From: an uncultured virus (IMG/VR IMGVR_UViG_3300022555_000013)
Taxonomy: Duplodnaviria > Heunggongvirae > Uroviricota > Caudoviricetes
Length of the DNA: 64,000 nucleotides
IMG/VR virus record: IMGVR_UViG_3300022555_000013
Strand: one strand, 5' to 3'
Shown piece after piece: positions 28,065 through 38,537 of the stretch. The translations under genes were made by a program, and so were the position numbers. The notes beneath the pieces are model-generated. The model ran no database searches and had not been told where the DNA came from. It saw nothing but the letters and a program-made list of their open reading frames with translations. Each line of letters opens with the position of its first letter. The stretch's first letter is position 1.

Positions 28065-29153
28065 ATGATAGATAGAACACCAAAACTCGACTTTAACGAT
28101 TTACTCATACCGCCAGCACCTTTAAGTGAAATTACTTCACGAAAAGAAGTTAATGTTTTTGATCAGAATGGAATGCTTCCTCTTTTCACAGCACCAATGG
28201 ATACTGTAATCAGTCTTGAAAATTATAAAATTTTTGAAGACCAGAAAATTTATCCAATTTTACCAAGAACTACTCAGGTTTCAATTGATACTCATTCTGG
28301 ATGGGTTGCGCTTAGTTTAAAAGCATTTGAAGAATACTTTGGTAAATTTGGTGGAAGTCAAACACCAAACTATTGGCAAAAAGGATTTGTAGGTAAGAAG
28401 TATATTCTTTGTGATATTGCAAACGGTCACATGAAAAAATTAGTTGATATCGTTAAAATAGCCAAGTCACACTACGGAGATGATCTTGTATTGATGGTTG
28501 GTAATATTGCAAATCCTAAAACATTCGGAATACTAAATGACGCTGGAGCAGATTATATTCGTGTAGGTATTGGAAATGGTGGTGGATGCTTAACAACACA
28601 AAACACTGGGATCGGGTATCCTATGGCATCACTAATTGATGAAATAAGAACCATGTTTCCATTCACTAAAGCTAAATTGGTTGCTGATGGGGGAATGAAA
28701 GATTATCCAGATATCTATAAAGCATTAGCACTTGGAGCAGATTATTGTATGGTAGGGTCAATTTTAAATAAAGCTTTGGAGTCTGCTGGGGATACCTATT
28801 TCGCAAACATTCACCATCCAGACGGAACAACAGAACCTGGGAATCAGATTGACCAGTATTCAGAAGAAGCTAAATTAGCCCTTAGAATTCATGGTACCCG
28901 CCTTTACAAAAAGTTTAGGGGGATGAGTACTAAAGAAGTACAAAAAATAATAGGGAATGGTACATTGAGAACATCTGAAGGAATCACAAAAATGCAAACT
29001 GTAGAATATTCACTTTCTGGTTGGGTTGAAAATTTTAAAGACTACTTAGCTACACACATGTCTTATGTTGGAAAGAAAACATTAAGTGATTTTATTGGTA
29101 GAGTTGACTTAATTACAATTTCTCATGAAAGTCAAATGAGGTTCAAAAAATGA
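28065..29153 (+). CDS. IMPDH/GMP reductase family enzyme without CBS domains (GuaC-like)
   Basis: TAPMDTV, DIANGH, VGNIA, catalytic loop GIGNGGGCLT, ADGG, FRGMST, SEG. Confidence 0.88.
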   Translation: MIDRTPKLDFNDLLIPPAPLSEITSRKEVNVFDQNGMLPLFTAPMDTVISLENYKIFEDQKIYPILPRTTQVSIDTHSGWVALSLKAFEEYFGKFGGSQTPNYWQKGFVGKKYILCDIANGHMKKLVDIVKIAKSHYGDDLVLMVGNIANPKTFGILNDAGADYIRVGIGNGGGCLTTQNTGIGYPMASLIDEIRTMFPFTKAKLVADGGMKDYPDIYKALALGADYCMVGSILNKALESAGDTYFANIHHPDGTTEPGNQIDQYSEEAKLALRIHGTRLYKKFRGMSTKEVQKIIGNGTLRTSEGITKMQTVEYSLSGWVENFKDYLATHMSYVGKKTLSDFIGRVDLITISHESQMRFKK

Positions 29154-29353
29154 ACCAGCGTAAATTAGTAAGCAAACTAACAGCAGCCGCAAATCTTATA
29201 AAGATTAGTGGAACAACTTCAAAGGCTAATTGGGCAGTTGTAAAAAACCCATTAGCCATTGAAGAAGTAAAACGATTCATGGACGAACAAGATAGAAAAA
29301 CCAAGAATTATATTAGGAAAACTAAGATAAATAAATTAAATTGGAAAAAATAA
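29150..29353 (+). CDS. Small protein with tag
   Basis: Ends YIRKTKINKLNWKK. Confidence 0.7.
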   Translation: MNQRKLVSKLTAAANLIKISGTTSKANWAVVKNPLAIEEVKRFMDEQDRKTKNYIRKTKINKLNWKK

Positions 29354-29376
29354 TATCAAGTTCATACTTTTTCGTA

Positions 29377-30108
29377 TCATTTTCCACAGTAATATCTCAT
29401 CTCTATTAACTGATTTAATAAATCATTAGTATAATAGTCAGGTGATAAGCAATTACTTTTAGTTACAGGAGCTTCCACTGGATTAATTTCAATATCTTTT
29501 TGAAAAAGCCCCTTGAACAACATTAAAATTTTATATTTTGATTGGCATTCTGGGTTTGCAAGCGTTGTGACGTTATTGTAAGCCCCCCAGTTATCTATTA
29601 TTTTTTCAGCCCATTTTGCCCATTCTAATGTAGTATTTCCATTCCAAAATTGGTTGGTATATCCATTTATTGTGCCTTCAGAATTTAAAAACCATTCCAA
29701 GAATGAACATTTTGTTTCATCTTCAAACCCAATAATTGAAGTCTTTATTATTTTAGTGTTATGAACTGAATTTTCACGTGCTAATTTTTTAGACATCCCG
29801 TATGGGGTATCATCAGGTTCATCTGTATCTGGATGAATAATTTTAGCACCTAAATTATCAAGCCAAATAGGTAATTTAAAATTAACTTCATTGTACATCT
29901 TTTTATCTGGCTTCTTCTGGGGGATTATACCAATAGCATTTATTATAAAATCTGCTTTACAATCAGACACGAACTTCTTAAAAGATTTGGAGGGCCATCT
30001 ATGGATTGTTGTAACAACAGAATATCCTTCTTTGATAAAATATCTTAGGCACATATTTCCAAGCATACCTCGGTGCCCCAAAACTAAAATTTTAAATTTT
30101 TTGTTCAT
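29377..30108 (-). CDS. RmlD-like NDP-4-keto-6-deoxyhexose reductase (SDR)
   Basis: LGHRGMLG Rossmann motif, INAIG, YGMSK, TSIIG, WNGNTTLEWA. Confidence 0.8.
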   Translation of the reverse strand: MNKKFKILVLGHRGMLGNMCLRYFIKEGYSVVTTIHRWPSKSFKKFVSDCKADFIINAIGIIPQKKPDKKMYNEVNFKLPIWLDNLGAKIIHPDTDEPDDTPYGMSKKLARENSVHNTKIIKTSIIGFEDETKCSFLEWFLNSEGTINGYTNQFWNGNTTLEWAKWAEKIIDNWGAYNNVTTLANPECQSKYKILMLFKGLFQKDIEINPVEAPVTKSNCLSPDYYTNDLLNQLIEMRYYCGK

Positions 30109-31376
30109 AATCCAATCTTTATTTTTAATTCTTCATAATTATTTACTACCTGAATATCAGGAAAAGCGACAATATATTTGAAATTGTGATCCTTTAATTT
30201 TTCCATAATCATCTTTGAATAGTTCCATGCAAAAATAAACACGTAATCAGCATCATATTTCATCTCATCTCTTGAAACTATTGGAATATTCATGGATGGA
30301 ATAATTCGTCCATATCTTTCTGGAGATTCATCTACAATATAATCAATTTCATTGTTGGTAAGTCCAACAATATTGCAAAACATGTTTGCCCTACCAGAAG
30401 AGCCGTATCCAATTATTTTTTTATTTTTGGCTTTCAATTCAGAAATAAAACTTTTAATTGAATTTATATGATCATTAGTCATTTTTTTAAATGTGAATAA
30501 CTCCTTGTAAAGAAGCTTTTCATCTTCTATTGTTTTTTTAATTTTTTTATACTCTGTAGAAATCATAAATTTTTGCCAATCTGGTTGATTTAATCTTCCA
30601 TTTTTAACATAAAATCTTATTGACCCAGAATGTGTTGGAATTTCTTCAAAATCGACCAGCGTCATTTCGAATTCTTTCATAAAATTTTGAATAGCTGTAA
30701 CTGAATAATAAAAAATATGTTCGTGATAAACATTGTCCCACTGCTTGAGCTCTACTAAATTTTTTAGATAATGAACTTCAAACACAAATATTCCATCCGA
30801 ATCAAGAACATAGTTGATACCTCTTAAAACGCTTCTAATATCAGATATATGAGCGAATGTATTGTTTGCAATAACAACATCAAATAGACCACCCCAACCA
30901 AGGCTTTTAGCTTTCCTATAATTGAAATACCCAAGTTCAACCTCCAAACCTTTTTCTTCCGCTAAATCAACAATATTTTTGGCTGGGTCTATTCCAACAA
31001 TGTTAACTTCGAGTTTTTCTAAAGGTTCCATTAGCACACCATCATTACACCCAATTTCCAAAACCGTTTTATCTCTTAATTCAAGCTTATCGTATAAATA
31101 TTTAGCAACATCCTTAAAGTATCCGCTTAAACTCACTGATGATGAATATCTATAATCTTTAAATAACACATCTGGGTTAATTATTGAATCTGTTTGAACC
31201 AATCCACAATTAGGGCAAACCATCAAGTTAAGATCATATATTTTTTTATCATCTTCTCCTTTTTTTGGAAAATATCCAGCTAATGGAACTTTACCAAGTT
31301 CCAAAACATTTTGCAAATTTGAATTACAAACTGCACACTTTTTCCTTTTTTTATATGTTCTCGTTAGAAAGATCAT
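30105..31376 (-). CDS. NDP-hexose C-methyltransferase (Zn finger, SAM domain, C-terminal domain)
   Basis: CAVC...CPNCGLVQ, LEIGCNDG, ANNTFAHI, YHEHIFYYS, THSGSIR, GYGSSGR. Confidence 0.9.
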   Translation of the reverse strand: MIFLTRTYKKRKKCAVCNSNLQNVLELGKVPLAGYFPKKGEDDKKIYDLNLMVCPNCGLVQTDSIINPDVLFKDYRYSSSVSLSGYFKDVAKYLYDKLELRDKTVLEIGCNDGVLMEPLEKLEVNIVGIDPAKNIVDLAEEKGLEVELGYFNYRKAKSLGWGGLFDVVIANNTFAHISDIRSVLRGINYVLDSDGIFVFEVHYLKNLVELKQWDNVYHEHIFYYSVTAIQNFMKEFEMTLVDFEEIPTHSGSIRFYVKNGRLNQPDWQKFMISTEYKKIKKTIEDEKLLYKELFTFKKMTNDHINSIKSFISELKAKNKKIIGYGSSGRANMFCNIVGLTNNEIDYIVDESPERYGRIIPSMNIPIVSRDEMKYDADYVFIFAWNYSKMIMEKLKDHNFKYIVAFPDIQVVNNYEELKIKIGL

Positions 31377-33301
31377 AATTTTGGTTCTTTTTTGAAAAGA
31401 TAGAAATCAGAATCAGATAAATAAAATTTAACTTCTATCTTATTTATATCACGCATTTCAAAAGTTGTTTTAGAAATATGTGGGGTTGAATTATTTAATA
31501 TTTCATGTTCTCGATATTTTATATCGTTATCGTAAATATATTCAATTTTAAATTTTTCCTTGAAATCACCAGTTATTGTGAACGTCTGGGTGCTAATATT
31601 GAATTTACAATTTATATTATTTTTAACATCTGAGAAATCGAATTGTGTATACCATGGAAGTGGTCTTGTACTATCATTAACACGATTTTTTTCAATCAAT
31701 GACAATCCAGGATACTGATAGGCAACTTCAGTTTTTGTGACTGCTTGCTTTTTAAATCCTTTAACCATAGTGTTTAACCACATATCGGCTGGTTCCCAAG
31801 GCATATTCATTTTAGATAAATAAAAATTTCTTGACTCTTTGGTTAATAATATACAGTGTGCCCGTACTATTTGATCAACAATATAATATTCATTCTCTTC
31901 AAATATAATCCCTCCATTTAAATATTGTTTACCATAATCTTCAACCCACCAATAATTCCCACCAAACGAAAATTGATAAATACCATTTTCAGAGCAGTAC
32001 TTCAAAACTTTTTTTATTAGCATATAAAATTCCAACGGTGATGTTCGTAAAACACAATCACATTCACATAATAATAGTGCATCCAAATCTTCAGTGAAGT
32101 TATCTTCAATTGCCTTTTTAAATGATAAATATGCACCATAATGACCTTCATAATATGGTAGCCCAAGTCCATCCGTACATGGCGGAAATTCACCTTTAAA
32201 TGGTATGTTTACTTGCTGAATATATTTAATACCATTAAATATTGTTAATTTTTTAATAGATTCGATAGATTTTTTTTCCCTTTCGCTTTCAACATCAGTC
32301 AAAATATGAACAAGCTTAACATTTAAATTTGAACTTGGTTCAAATTTAATCTCATTTTTAATTGCATAAATCATCCCGCTGTCGTCAGTTAGCCAAGTAT
32401 CATTTTTCATTAGCACTTTAAAATTACTTTTGGTTAATTTATCCACAATTTTAGATACTTGCTTATTATCATTATCATGGAATTCAATTGCAAATTTTCT
32501 TACAATAGATAAATCCAAAGCTTCAATTATTTCATATTCGTTGCCTTCACAATCTATCTTCATGAAGTCTATTTTTGTAATATTGTTGTCCCGAATGAAA
32601 TCATTCAAACCAACAACTTTACATAATCGCCTTTCAAATAACCCATCACTTGAACTTCCTTGGGTATGATCATTAATTTTAGACTGCACCCCATCATATC
32701 TAATATCAATATAAGACTCATGACTTGTTGCTCCAACCGCAACATTATATAATTGAATTTGTGGTGTAGACTGACTTCTGGAATTTGTAAAATCATATAT
32801 TTCTTTTACTGGCTCAAAAGAATAACATGTTTTAGCTTTTTGATAATGTACTGACATCATAGAAAAAATTCCAACATTGGCTCCGATATCAAATACTATA
32901 TCATTTGGTTCAACTTTTACATCAGCAAACGAGTATTCATTCCCAAAAAATATTTCATATAATGGAACACCCAACAGACCGAATGGTAATTTAGCATCTC
33001 TACCATAATCTTTAAATATATTCAATGTGTCTTTTTCCCTTATATCTTTGGTGCCGTTATTATAAATATCCTTCGAAAAAATCAAATTTTGATCCATATC
33101 ATACACATTAAAAATTTTGTATGATACATCTACGAATTCTGTGATAAAGTACGAAACGTCTTTATTGAGTTCCATATAATTTTTATAAAATGGTAATTTA
33201 CTATGTCCATCCAAAAAATGACAGTTAACTTTTTTAATTTCTTCATCACCTTCCCATTTGAAATGAACTGTATTTTCTGAAAGTTTATATAAATTTATCA
33301 T
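31373..33301 (-). CDS. FkbM-family methyltransferase fused to a glycosyltransferase-like domain
   Basis: FDIGANVGIFS, SFEP, MKIDCEGNE, IEFH; C-terminal half GHYGAYLSF...CECDC...PADMW. Confidence 0.8.
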   Translation of the reverse strand: MINLYKLSENTVHFKWEGDEEIKKVNCHFLDGHSKLPFYKNYMELNKDVSYFITEFVDVSYKIFNVYDMDQNLIFSKDIYNNGTKDIREKDTLNIFKDYGRDAKLPFGLLGVPLYEIFFGNEYSFADVKVEPNDIVFDIGANVGIFSMMSVHYQKAKTCYSFEPVKEIYDFTNSRSQSTPQIQLYNVAVGATSHESYIDIRYDGVQSKINDHTQGSSSDGLFERRLCKVVGLNDFIRDNNITKIDFMKIDCEGNEYEIIEALDLSIVRKFAIEFHDNDNKQVSKIVDKLTKSNFKVLMKNDTWLTDDSGMIYAIKNEIKFEPSSNLNVKLVHILTDVESEREKKSIESIKKLTIFNGIKYIQQVNIPFKGEFPPCTDGLGLPYYEGHYGAYLSFKKAIEDNFTEDLDALLLCECDCVLRTSPLEFYMLIKKVLKYCSENGIYQFSFGGNYWWVEDYGKQYLNGGIIFEENEYYIVDQIVRAHCILLTKESRNFYLSKMNMPWEPADMWLNTMVKGFKKQAVTKTEVAYQYPGLSLIEKNRVNDSTRPLPWYTQFDFSDVKNNINCKFNISTQTFTITGDFKEKFKIEYIYDNDIKYREHEILNNSTPHISKTTFEMRDINKIEVKFYLSDSDFYLFKKEPKL

Positions 33302-34254
33302 ATTGCAAAATAGTTATTTTTTTCTAAAATATCAATAAGTTCAGCCTTTGAAACAACAAAATCTTTGCTACTATATTCATCATTTGGAAATTCTACAGGG
33401 TGTTCAACACCAGTTTGAATTTTTTCATAATGCATATAAAAATTGTTTGTTTCTATATCATAATTAACTCGTGGCATTTCTTCCTTCGAAATCATAAGTT
33501 CATGAATTTTTTCAGATATTCTTGGTTCACCAAGTTTATATGTAAGCCCAAATTTTTCATTGTAAATATCAAATAGGTCCTTAATTCTAAAACTTTTAAC
33601 AAATGGTATAACATTGTAACCATTTAACGATAATCCAAATTCAATAAGCTGCATTGCCCGTTCAATATCCAACATAAAACGTGTCATTTCATCTGAGTAT
33701 AATGTAAGGGGATATTTTTTCTTTATACTATCCCATATCAAGGGTATGATACTGCCAGTTGAGTTGAATACATTACCATAAATTGCAGATGATAATTTTA
33801 CTGGAAGCTTAGAAACACCAGCATTAACTATAAATAATTCCCCTGCGACAAATTTCATGGAGCCGTATAGTGTTGTGGCTGATCTGGACTTATCTGATGA
33901 AATAAAACATGCGGATTCCATTTTATTCTCCTCCGCACATCGTCTTGAATTTATAGCACCATCAATAATAACTTTAACCGCTTCTTCATAATTCTGATCA
34001 ACTGCGCCAATTTGCTTTAAACTGGCTGTAAATATACCAATATCGCACCCATCTGACATACGCTTCATAAGATCAAAATTTCTAACATCACCGATCTTAC
34101 AGATAATATTTGGAAATTCTTTTTTTAAGTAATAATGCTTAGCTTCATCCCTTGAAAAAACTACAATTTCATTTGAAGAATGATATCTTCTAACAAGGTT
34201 GCTTCCCAAATAACCAGCTCCGCCAGTTATAAAAATTCTTTTACCATTTAACAT
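33298..34254 (-). CDS. UDP-GlcNAc 4,6-dehydratase-like protein (PseB/FnlA/CapD family)
   Basis: ITGGAGYLG, FSRDEAK, IGDVRN, ISSDKS, YGSMK, YGNVFNSTGSIIP, MTRF, EKIHE. Confidence 0.9.
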   Translation of the reverse strand: MLNGKRIFITGGAGYLGSNLVRRYHSSNEIVVFSRDEAKHYYLKKEFPNIICKIGDVRNFDLMKRMSDGCDIGIFTASLKQIGAVDQNYEEAVKVIIDGAINSRRCAEENKMESACFISSDKSRSATTLYGSMKFVAGELFIVNAGVSKLPVKLSSAIYGNVFNSTGSIIPLIWDSIKKKYPLTLYSDEMTRFMLDIERAMQLIEFGLSLNGYNVIPFVKSFRIKDLFDIYNEKFGLTYKLGEPRISEKIHELMISKEEMPRVNYDIETNNFYMHYEKIQTGVEHPVEFPNDEYSSKDFVVSKAELIDILEKNNYFAI

Positions 34255-34268
34255 CAGCAGTTATTATT

Positions 34269-35279
34269 TTAAAGTATCTCAAATTCACTATGTGATTTAA
34301 ATAAATCTATGGTGCTTTGTGATATTTTTTTCCCATCAATTTCAATATTTATTTCATATTCGTTTGACAGGAAATCACCGTAAGTTATGGCAAATTCATA
34401 AAATAAATATTCGATCCGCTTAGTACATGATGTACTACTTATAAATCCAGACTTTTTTTCTTCAATAAAAATTTCGATATTAATTGGTTCTAAAATATTA
34501 AATACAAGTAAGTAAAATTCATCAGTATCTTTTTTTACCCCAATATGGAATTTAGCTTTTTCTAAAGAAAAAGCATCAAAAGGTGAATTATTTTCCACTA
34601 TTTCGCTTCCAGACGACTTAAATGTTTTATCGCCTTCGACATCCATAGTTGAATAGAAATCTGATGAATATTGTTCTGGTGTAAATTTAGAAAATAACAA
34701 CATCGATTTTTCTATTTTATAATCTAAATAATTTTCGGCAAACCCCAGATTTTTGGAATATTCATTAATATCTATAGAATCAAGAAAATTACTTCTGGTA
34801 CTAAATGCAGATAATACCATATTGATATTATCTTTGAAATAAAAAAGCACACCTTCAAATTTGTCATTTCTATCCAATTCTCTAATAATATTTTTAGCCA
34901 ATTTTTTTGTTATAATAACATCATAGTTTAAAATTATAACATTATCGTATCCAAGTCTTTTTAAATAATCAACGCCACGTTTCCACTGCTGTAATGCAGT
35001 ATATCCATAGTCATCCTTTACAATGGACATCTTAATTTTGGATTTTTCATGAATTCTCCAGAAAAATAAATGTTTTTCTGGGTACTTAAAAACTGGGTTT
35101 GATGAATCATAGATATAGTAATTAACTTGGTTTTGAATAAAATTTAATGGATAATGTGCATGAACACAAATATCAGCATCCAATGTCATTTCTTTTATAT
35201 TCAAAACGCATTCTAATAATGCGGATTCTTTCTTAGGCGTATTACAATATGACGTTATTAAGAAACAATTTTTGTTCAT
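34269..35279 (-). CDS. Putative glycosyltransferase-like protein, paralogue 1 of 3
   Basis: CFLITSYC...DICVHAHYPL...YYIYD...DYG...NYD. Confidence 0.55.
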   Translation of the reverse strand: MNKNCFLITSYCNTPKKESALLECVLNIKEMTLDADICVHAHYPLNFIQNQVNYYIYDSSNPVFKYPEKHLFFWRIHEKSKIKMSIVKDDYGYTALQQWKRGVDYLKRLGYDNVIILNYDVIITKKLAKNIIRELDRNDKFEGVLFYFKDNINMVLSAFSTRSNFLDSIDINEYSKNLGFAENYLDYKIEKSMLLFSKFTPEQYSSDFYSTMDVEGDKTFKSSGSEIVENNSPFDAFSLEKAKFHIGVKKDTDEFYLLVFNILEPINIEIFIEEKKSGFISSTSCTKRIEYLFYEFAITYGDFLSNEYEINIEIDGKKISQSTIDLFKSHSEFEIL

Positions 35280-35843
35280 TTATATAAATTTTTTTACTCT
35301 TCTATCATTTCGTCTCATCACAAATGTTATCCCAGTTTCATGAATTGGAAATGTCATTATATTTAATTGTGGGTAATTTAAATGAATATGATCCACGATT
35401 TTATAGGAATTTGAGCAATAAAAATCTTGAGTCAATCTATTATCTATAGGGTCTGAATCGTGAAATATTATTATTCCAAATTCATTCAATATTTTAAGCG
35501 AGTTTTCAAAATCTTTCAAAACTTGCGGAAACCGATGATCACCATCAATAAAAATTATATCATACGTTTTTTTATTCTTCGAAAAAAACTCATCACTTGT
35601 CATATTATTAAATATAATTCCATCCTTATCATCCATTTTATCTTCATAATCAACAGCTTCACACACATCAACTTCGTTTCTAATATTGTGTATGCACAAT
35701 CCATTTTCTACGCCAACTTCCAAATAAGTTTTACAATTTGTTAATTTAACAATCCACTTTATTAAATTGGAGTAGTGATCTTTCGTTGGTAAGTCAGATA
35801 AAAAATCGATATCATAAACTTTTGAATATCCGTATTTGTCCAT
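35280..35843 (-). CDS. Class I SAM-dependent methyltransferase (Methyltransf_24-like)
   Basis: YLEVGVENG, MTSDEFF, DIIFIDGDH, GIIIFHD. Confidence 0.88.
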   Translation of the reverse strand: MDKYGYSKVYDIDFLSDLPTKDHYSNLIKWIVKLTNCKTYLEVGVENGLCIHNIRNEVDVCEAVDYEDKMDDKDGIIFNNMTSDEFFSKNKKTYDIIFIDGDHRFPQVLKDFENSLKILNEFGIIIFHDSDPIDNRLTQDFYCSNSYKIVDHIHLNYPQLNIMTFPIHETGITFVMRRNDRRVKKFI

Positions 35844-35845
35844 AT

Positions 35846-36844
35846 TTAATTTTTATTTTTTAATAAATCATGCTCAATTGCAGATAGGCAAAATGTGTTT
35901 ATTGTATCTTGTTCTATAAGCTCACCATTGATATATAATTTGAATTCATGGTCCTGTTTGATAAAAACCCCGTTAACATATTCACCAATATATTTTTTGT
36001 AAATATCATCCATAGTTAACCCAGTATCTACAAATATTGGATCAGTATCGATAATAAGTTTTTCTTTAAAAACTTCTCCATCCAGACATAGCTTTAAATG
36101 AATAGGTTTTTGAATATTATAAAAGAAAATTTCAAATATATTTGTATATTTTTTTTCATTATTCTCCCATAAAATACGTTCACCAGCATGAAAATAGTAG
36201 CCATTTCTTTCATATCTTTCAAATTCATGCGGCTGATGCCTTATTTTAGAATCAACAAAATCGTTAAGGTATAAATTATTACCATAAAATTTATTGAATA
36301 TGTATTTTTCAGCATACCAATATTCATTCATTGATATATAATCTTCAACACTCATACTTTCAATAATTGGCAAATACTTTTTCATGTTATATGACATCAA
36401 AGTTGCACTGGTTTCATCTTCTTTCAATAAAAAAAACACTCCATCATAAATTTCACTTTGCTTGATCTTTAGTAAAAGCTCATCTGACACAATGGTGTCA
36501 TAATTTACAACGTGAATAATATCATATCCCAGATCATATAAATATAATGATCCATTTCGTATTTGGTATATTACAGTGGAGCCATAATCATGTTTAAGCA
36601 CATTTAGCTGATGTGTGAGGAACTTTCTCCACATAATGATACTTCGGGTGCCTAAAGGTATTATAGGGTTCGTAATGTCATATAAGTAATGATTTACTTT
36701 ACTTTGAATTTCAGCATCCAATGGATAATGCGCATGGATACAAATATCAATATTGTATTTTTTTAAGCTATCAATTGTTGATATTAAAATATCCATTTTT
36801 TCCTGTGTATCACAATATGATGTAATTAAAAAACATTCTTTCAT
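35846..36844 (-). CDS. Putative glycosyltransferase-like protein, paralogue 2 of 3
   Basis: MKECFLITSYCDT...DICIHAHYPL...DYG...NYD. Confidence 0.55.
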   Translation of the reverse strand: MKECFLITSYCDTQEKMDILISTIDSLKKYNIDICIHAHYPLDAEIQSKVNHYLYDITNPIIPLGTRSIIMWRKFLTHQLNVLKHDYGSTVIYQIRNGSLYLYDLGYDIIHVVNYDTIVSDELLLKIKQSEIYDGVFFLLKEDETSATLMSYNMKKYLPIIESMSVEDYISMNEYWYAEKYIFNKFYGNNLYLNDFVDSKIRHQPHEFERYERNGYYFHAGERILWENNEKKYTNIFEIFFYNIQKPIHLKLCLDGEVFKEKLIIDTDPIFVDTGLTMDDIYKKYIGEYVNGVFIKQDHEFKLYINGELIEQDTINTFCLSAIEHDLLKNKN

Positions 36845-37848
36845 ACGTATATTATTTTTGCATTTTGAATACCTTTAACAACAATATCATTTAGAATTTC
36901 AATATTATTAATTTTGATGGAAGCCTCATTTTTTTCATATAATGATACGAAATTATCATATGTTAAATGAGTTTCAAATGATTCAAAATTCATATTACCT
37001 ACGACATCCCCCTGAATAAGATTGGATGCTACACCACCCTTCTTAAAGCATGTGATTGACTCATCACCGATATTTATTTCAATGCTGATATTTTCTGATA
37101 TATTATAAATCAAAATTTCAAATAGCCCAAACGGTAGGTTCTGTACCATACGCTGACCAATAAATATCCTAAATGCATCGAACTTCAGTATATAAAATAA
37201 GTTTAATGATATTTTTTGATATAAATCAAATCCTTCTATTAAATTATTTGTTGCATCCATCACACTTTCTGATGTAATTTTAACGATATTATACTGCTCA
37301 TTTGAAATGAGTTGATCCAAGAATTCTTCCATAACCCAATCACTTCGCATACTTAAGTAATTTTCTAAATTAATTTTGTCAAAAAATTCAAGTATATTAT
37401 TTGGTTTAACTGAAAAAAAATATGGAACTAATCCATTCTTATAATAAAAAACACCATTATTATCGATTAAATATCTTGAATTCTCTTTAAAAAAGTTATC
37501 AGTAAACCCAGCATCATAATTAACAAAATGAACAGTATCATACATTTTGCTTAAAAATAATGATCCCCGCTTAAATTGATGTAGTACGGCAAGACCATAA
37601 TCATCATTTTCAACCGACAATGTTCTATGAATAGTTGCTTTATAGATATAAACTTTTCTATTAACTATAGCATTATCTGAGTCATAAATATAATATTCTA
37701 CACTTTTTTGTATTGAAGATGGTAAAGGAAAAGTTGCATATATGCAAATGTCAATATTGTGTTTTTTTAAATTTTCAACTGTTTCGCATAATACATTAAG
37801 TTTATCCTGAGTGTCACAATATGACGCAATTAAGAAACATTCTTTCAT
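36841..37848 (-). CDS. Putative glycosyltransferase-like protein, paralogue 3 of 3
   Basis: MKECFLIASYCDT...DICIYATFPL...DYG...NYD; AAACTT-N16-TATAAG upstream. Confidence 0.55.
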   Translation of the reverse strand: MKECFLIASYCDTQDKLNVLCETVENLKKHNIDICIYATFPLPSSIQKSVEYYIYDSDNAIVNRKVYIYKATIHRTLSVENDDYGLAVLHQFKRGSLFLSKMYDTVHFVNYDAGFTDNFFKENSRYLIDNNGVFYYKNGLVPYFFSVKPNNILEFFDKINLENYLSMRSDWVMEEFLDQLISNEQYNIVKITSESVMDATNNLIEGFDLYQKISLNLFYILKFDAFRIFIGQRMVQNLPFGLFEILIYNISENISIEINIGDESITCFKKGGVASNLIQGDVVGNMNFESFETHLTYDNFVSLYEKNEASIKINNIEILNDIVVKGIQNAKIIYV

Positions 37849-37911
37849 AATAACTTATAATCAAAAATAATAATTAAGTTTTTTAATATATACATAAAAT
37901 TAAATATTTAA

Positions 37912-38502
37912 ATGTCATTATTAAGACAGAGTTCTTCAGATCAAATGAATCGTATTGTGAATCAAATTCACAAAGAGATAGGTGGAGATATTGGTGAGGT
38001 TACCGCTGGAGTTGGGTCCAATTCAGCTAATTTTATAGCTATTAAAAATCCAATTAACAGAAAAATTGACACATATGATAAATTTACTAAACGGGATAAT
38101 AGATTACAAACCAGAGCATTTGTTTCAAAACATGTTAATAAACCTATAGTTAAAAAAATGTTGGATGGGAGTCAAAAAATAAAACCAAAAGGAAATGCAA
38201 ATGAGGGATCGAGATATATTTTGGATTTAGATACAAAAGATGTTAAATTAGCTGGAAACTCAGAATATCCAGTTGGAACAAAAATAAAATTTAAAGATGA
38301 AGGTCGAGAATTAACTGGAACATTAACTCACCCATTTGGATTTTGCCAAGGAGATGTCGGTGTTATTCTTGATGAAACTGGAATTTTTCAAGATGATAGA
38401 TGTTGCTTAAGAAATCACGAATATACTGTTATTGATCCTGAAATGTTAAATGATGTTGACAAATTCAAGAAAAATAGAACATTTAAAAGATTTGATTTAT
38501 AA
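37912..38502 (+). CDS. Hypothetical protein with C-terminal RFDL tag
   Basis: Ends DVDKFKKNRTFKRFDL; TAATATATAC at 37884-37893. Confidence 0.8.
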   Translation: MSLLRQSSSDQMNRIVNQIHKEIGGDIGEVTAGVGSNSANFIAIKNPINRKIDTYDKFTKRDNRLQTRAFVSKHVNKPIVKKMLDGSQKIKPKGNANEGSRYILDLDTKDVKLAGNSEYPVGTKIKFKDEGRELTGTLTHPFGFCQGDVGVILDETGIFQDDRCCLRNHEYTVIDPEMLNDVDKFKKNRTFKRFDL

Positions 38503-38537
38503 AAATTATATATACTAAAAAACATAATCCATAAAAA

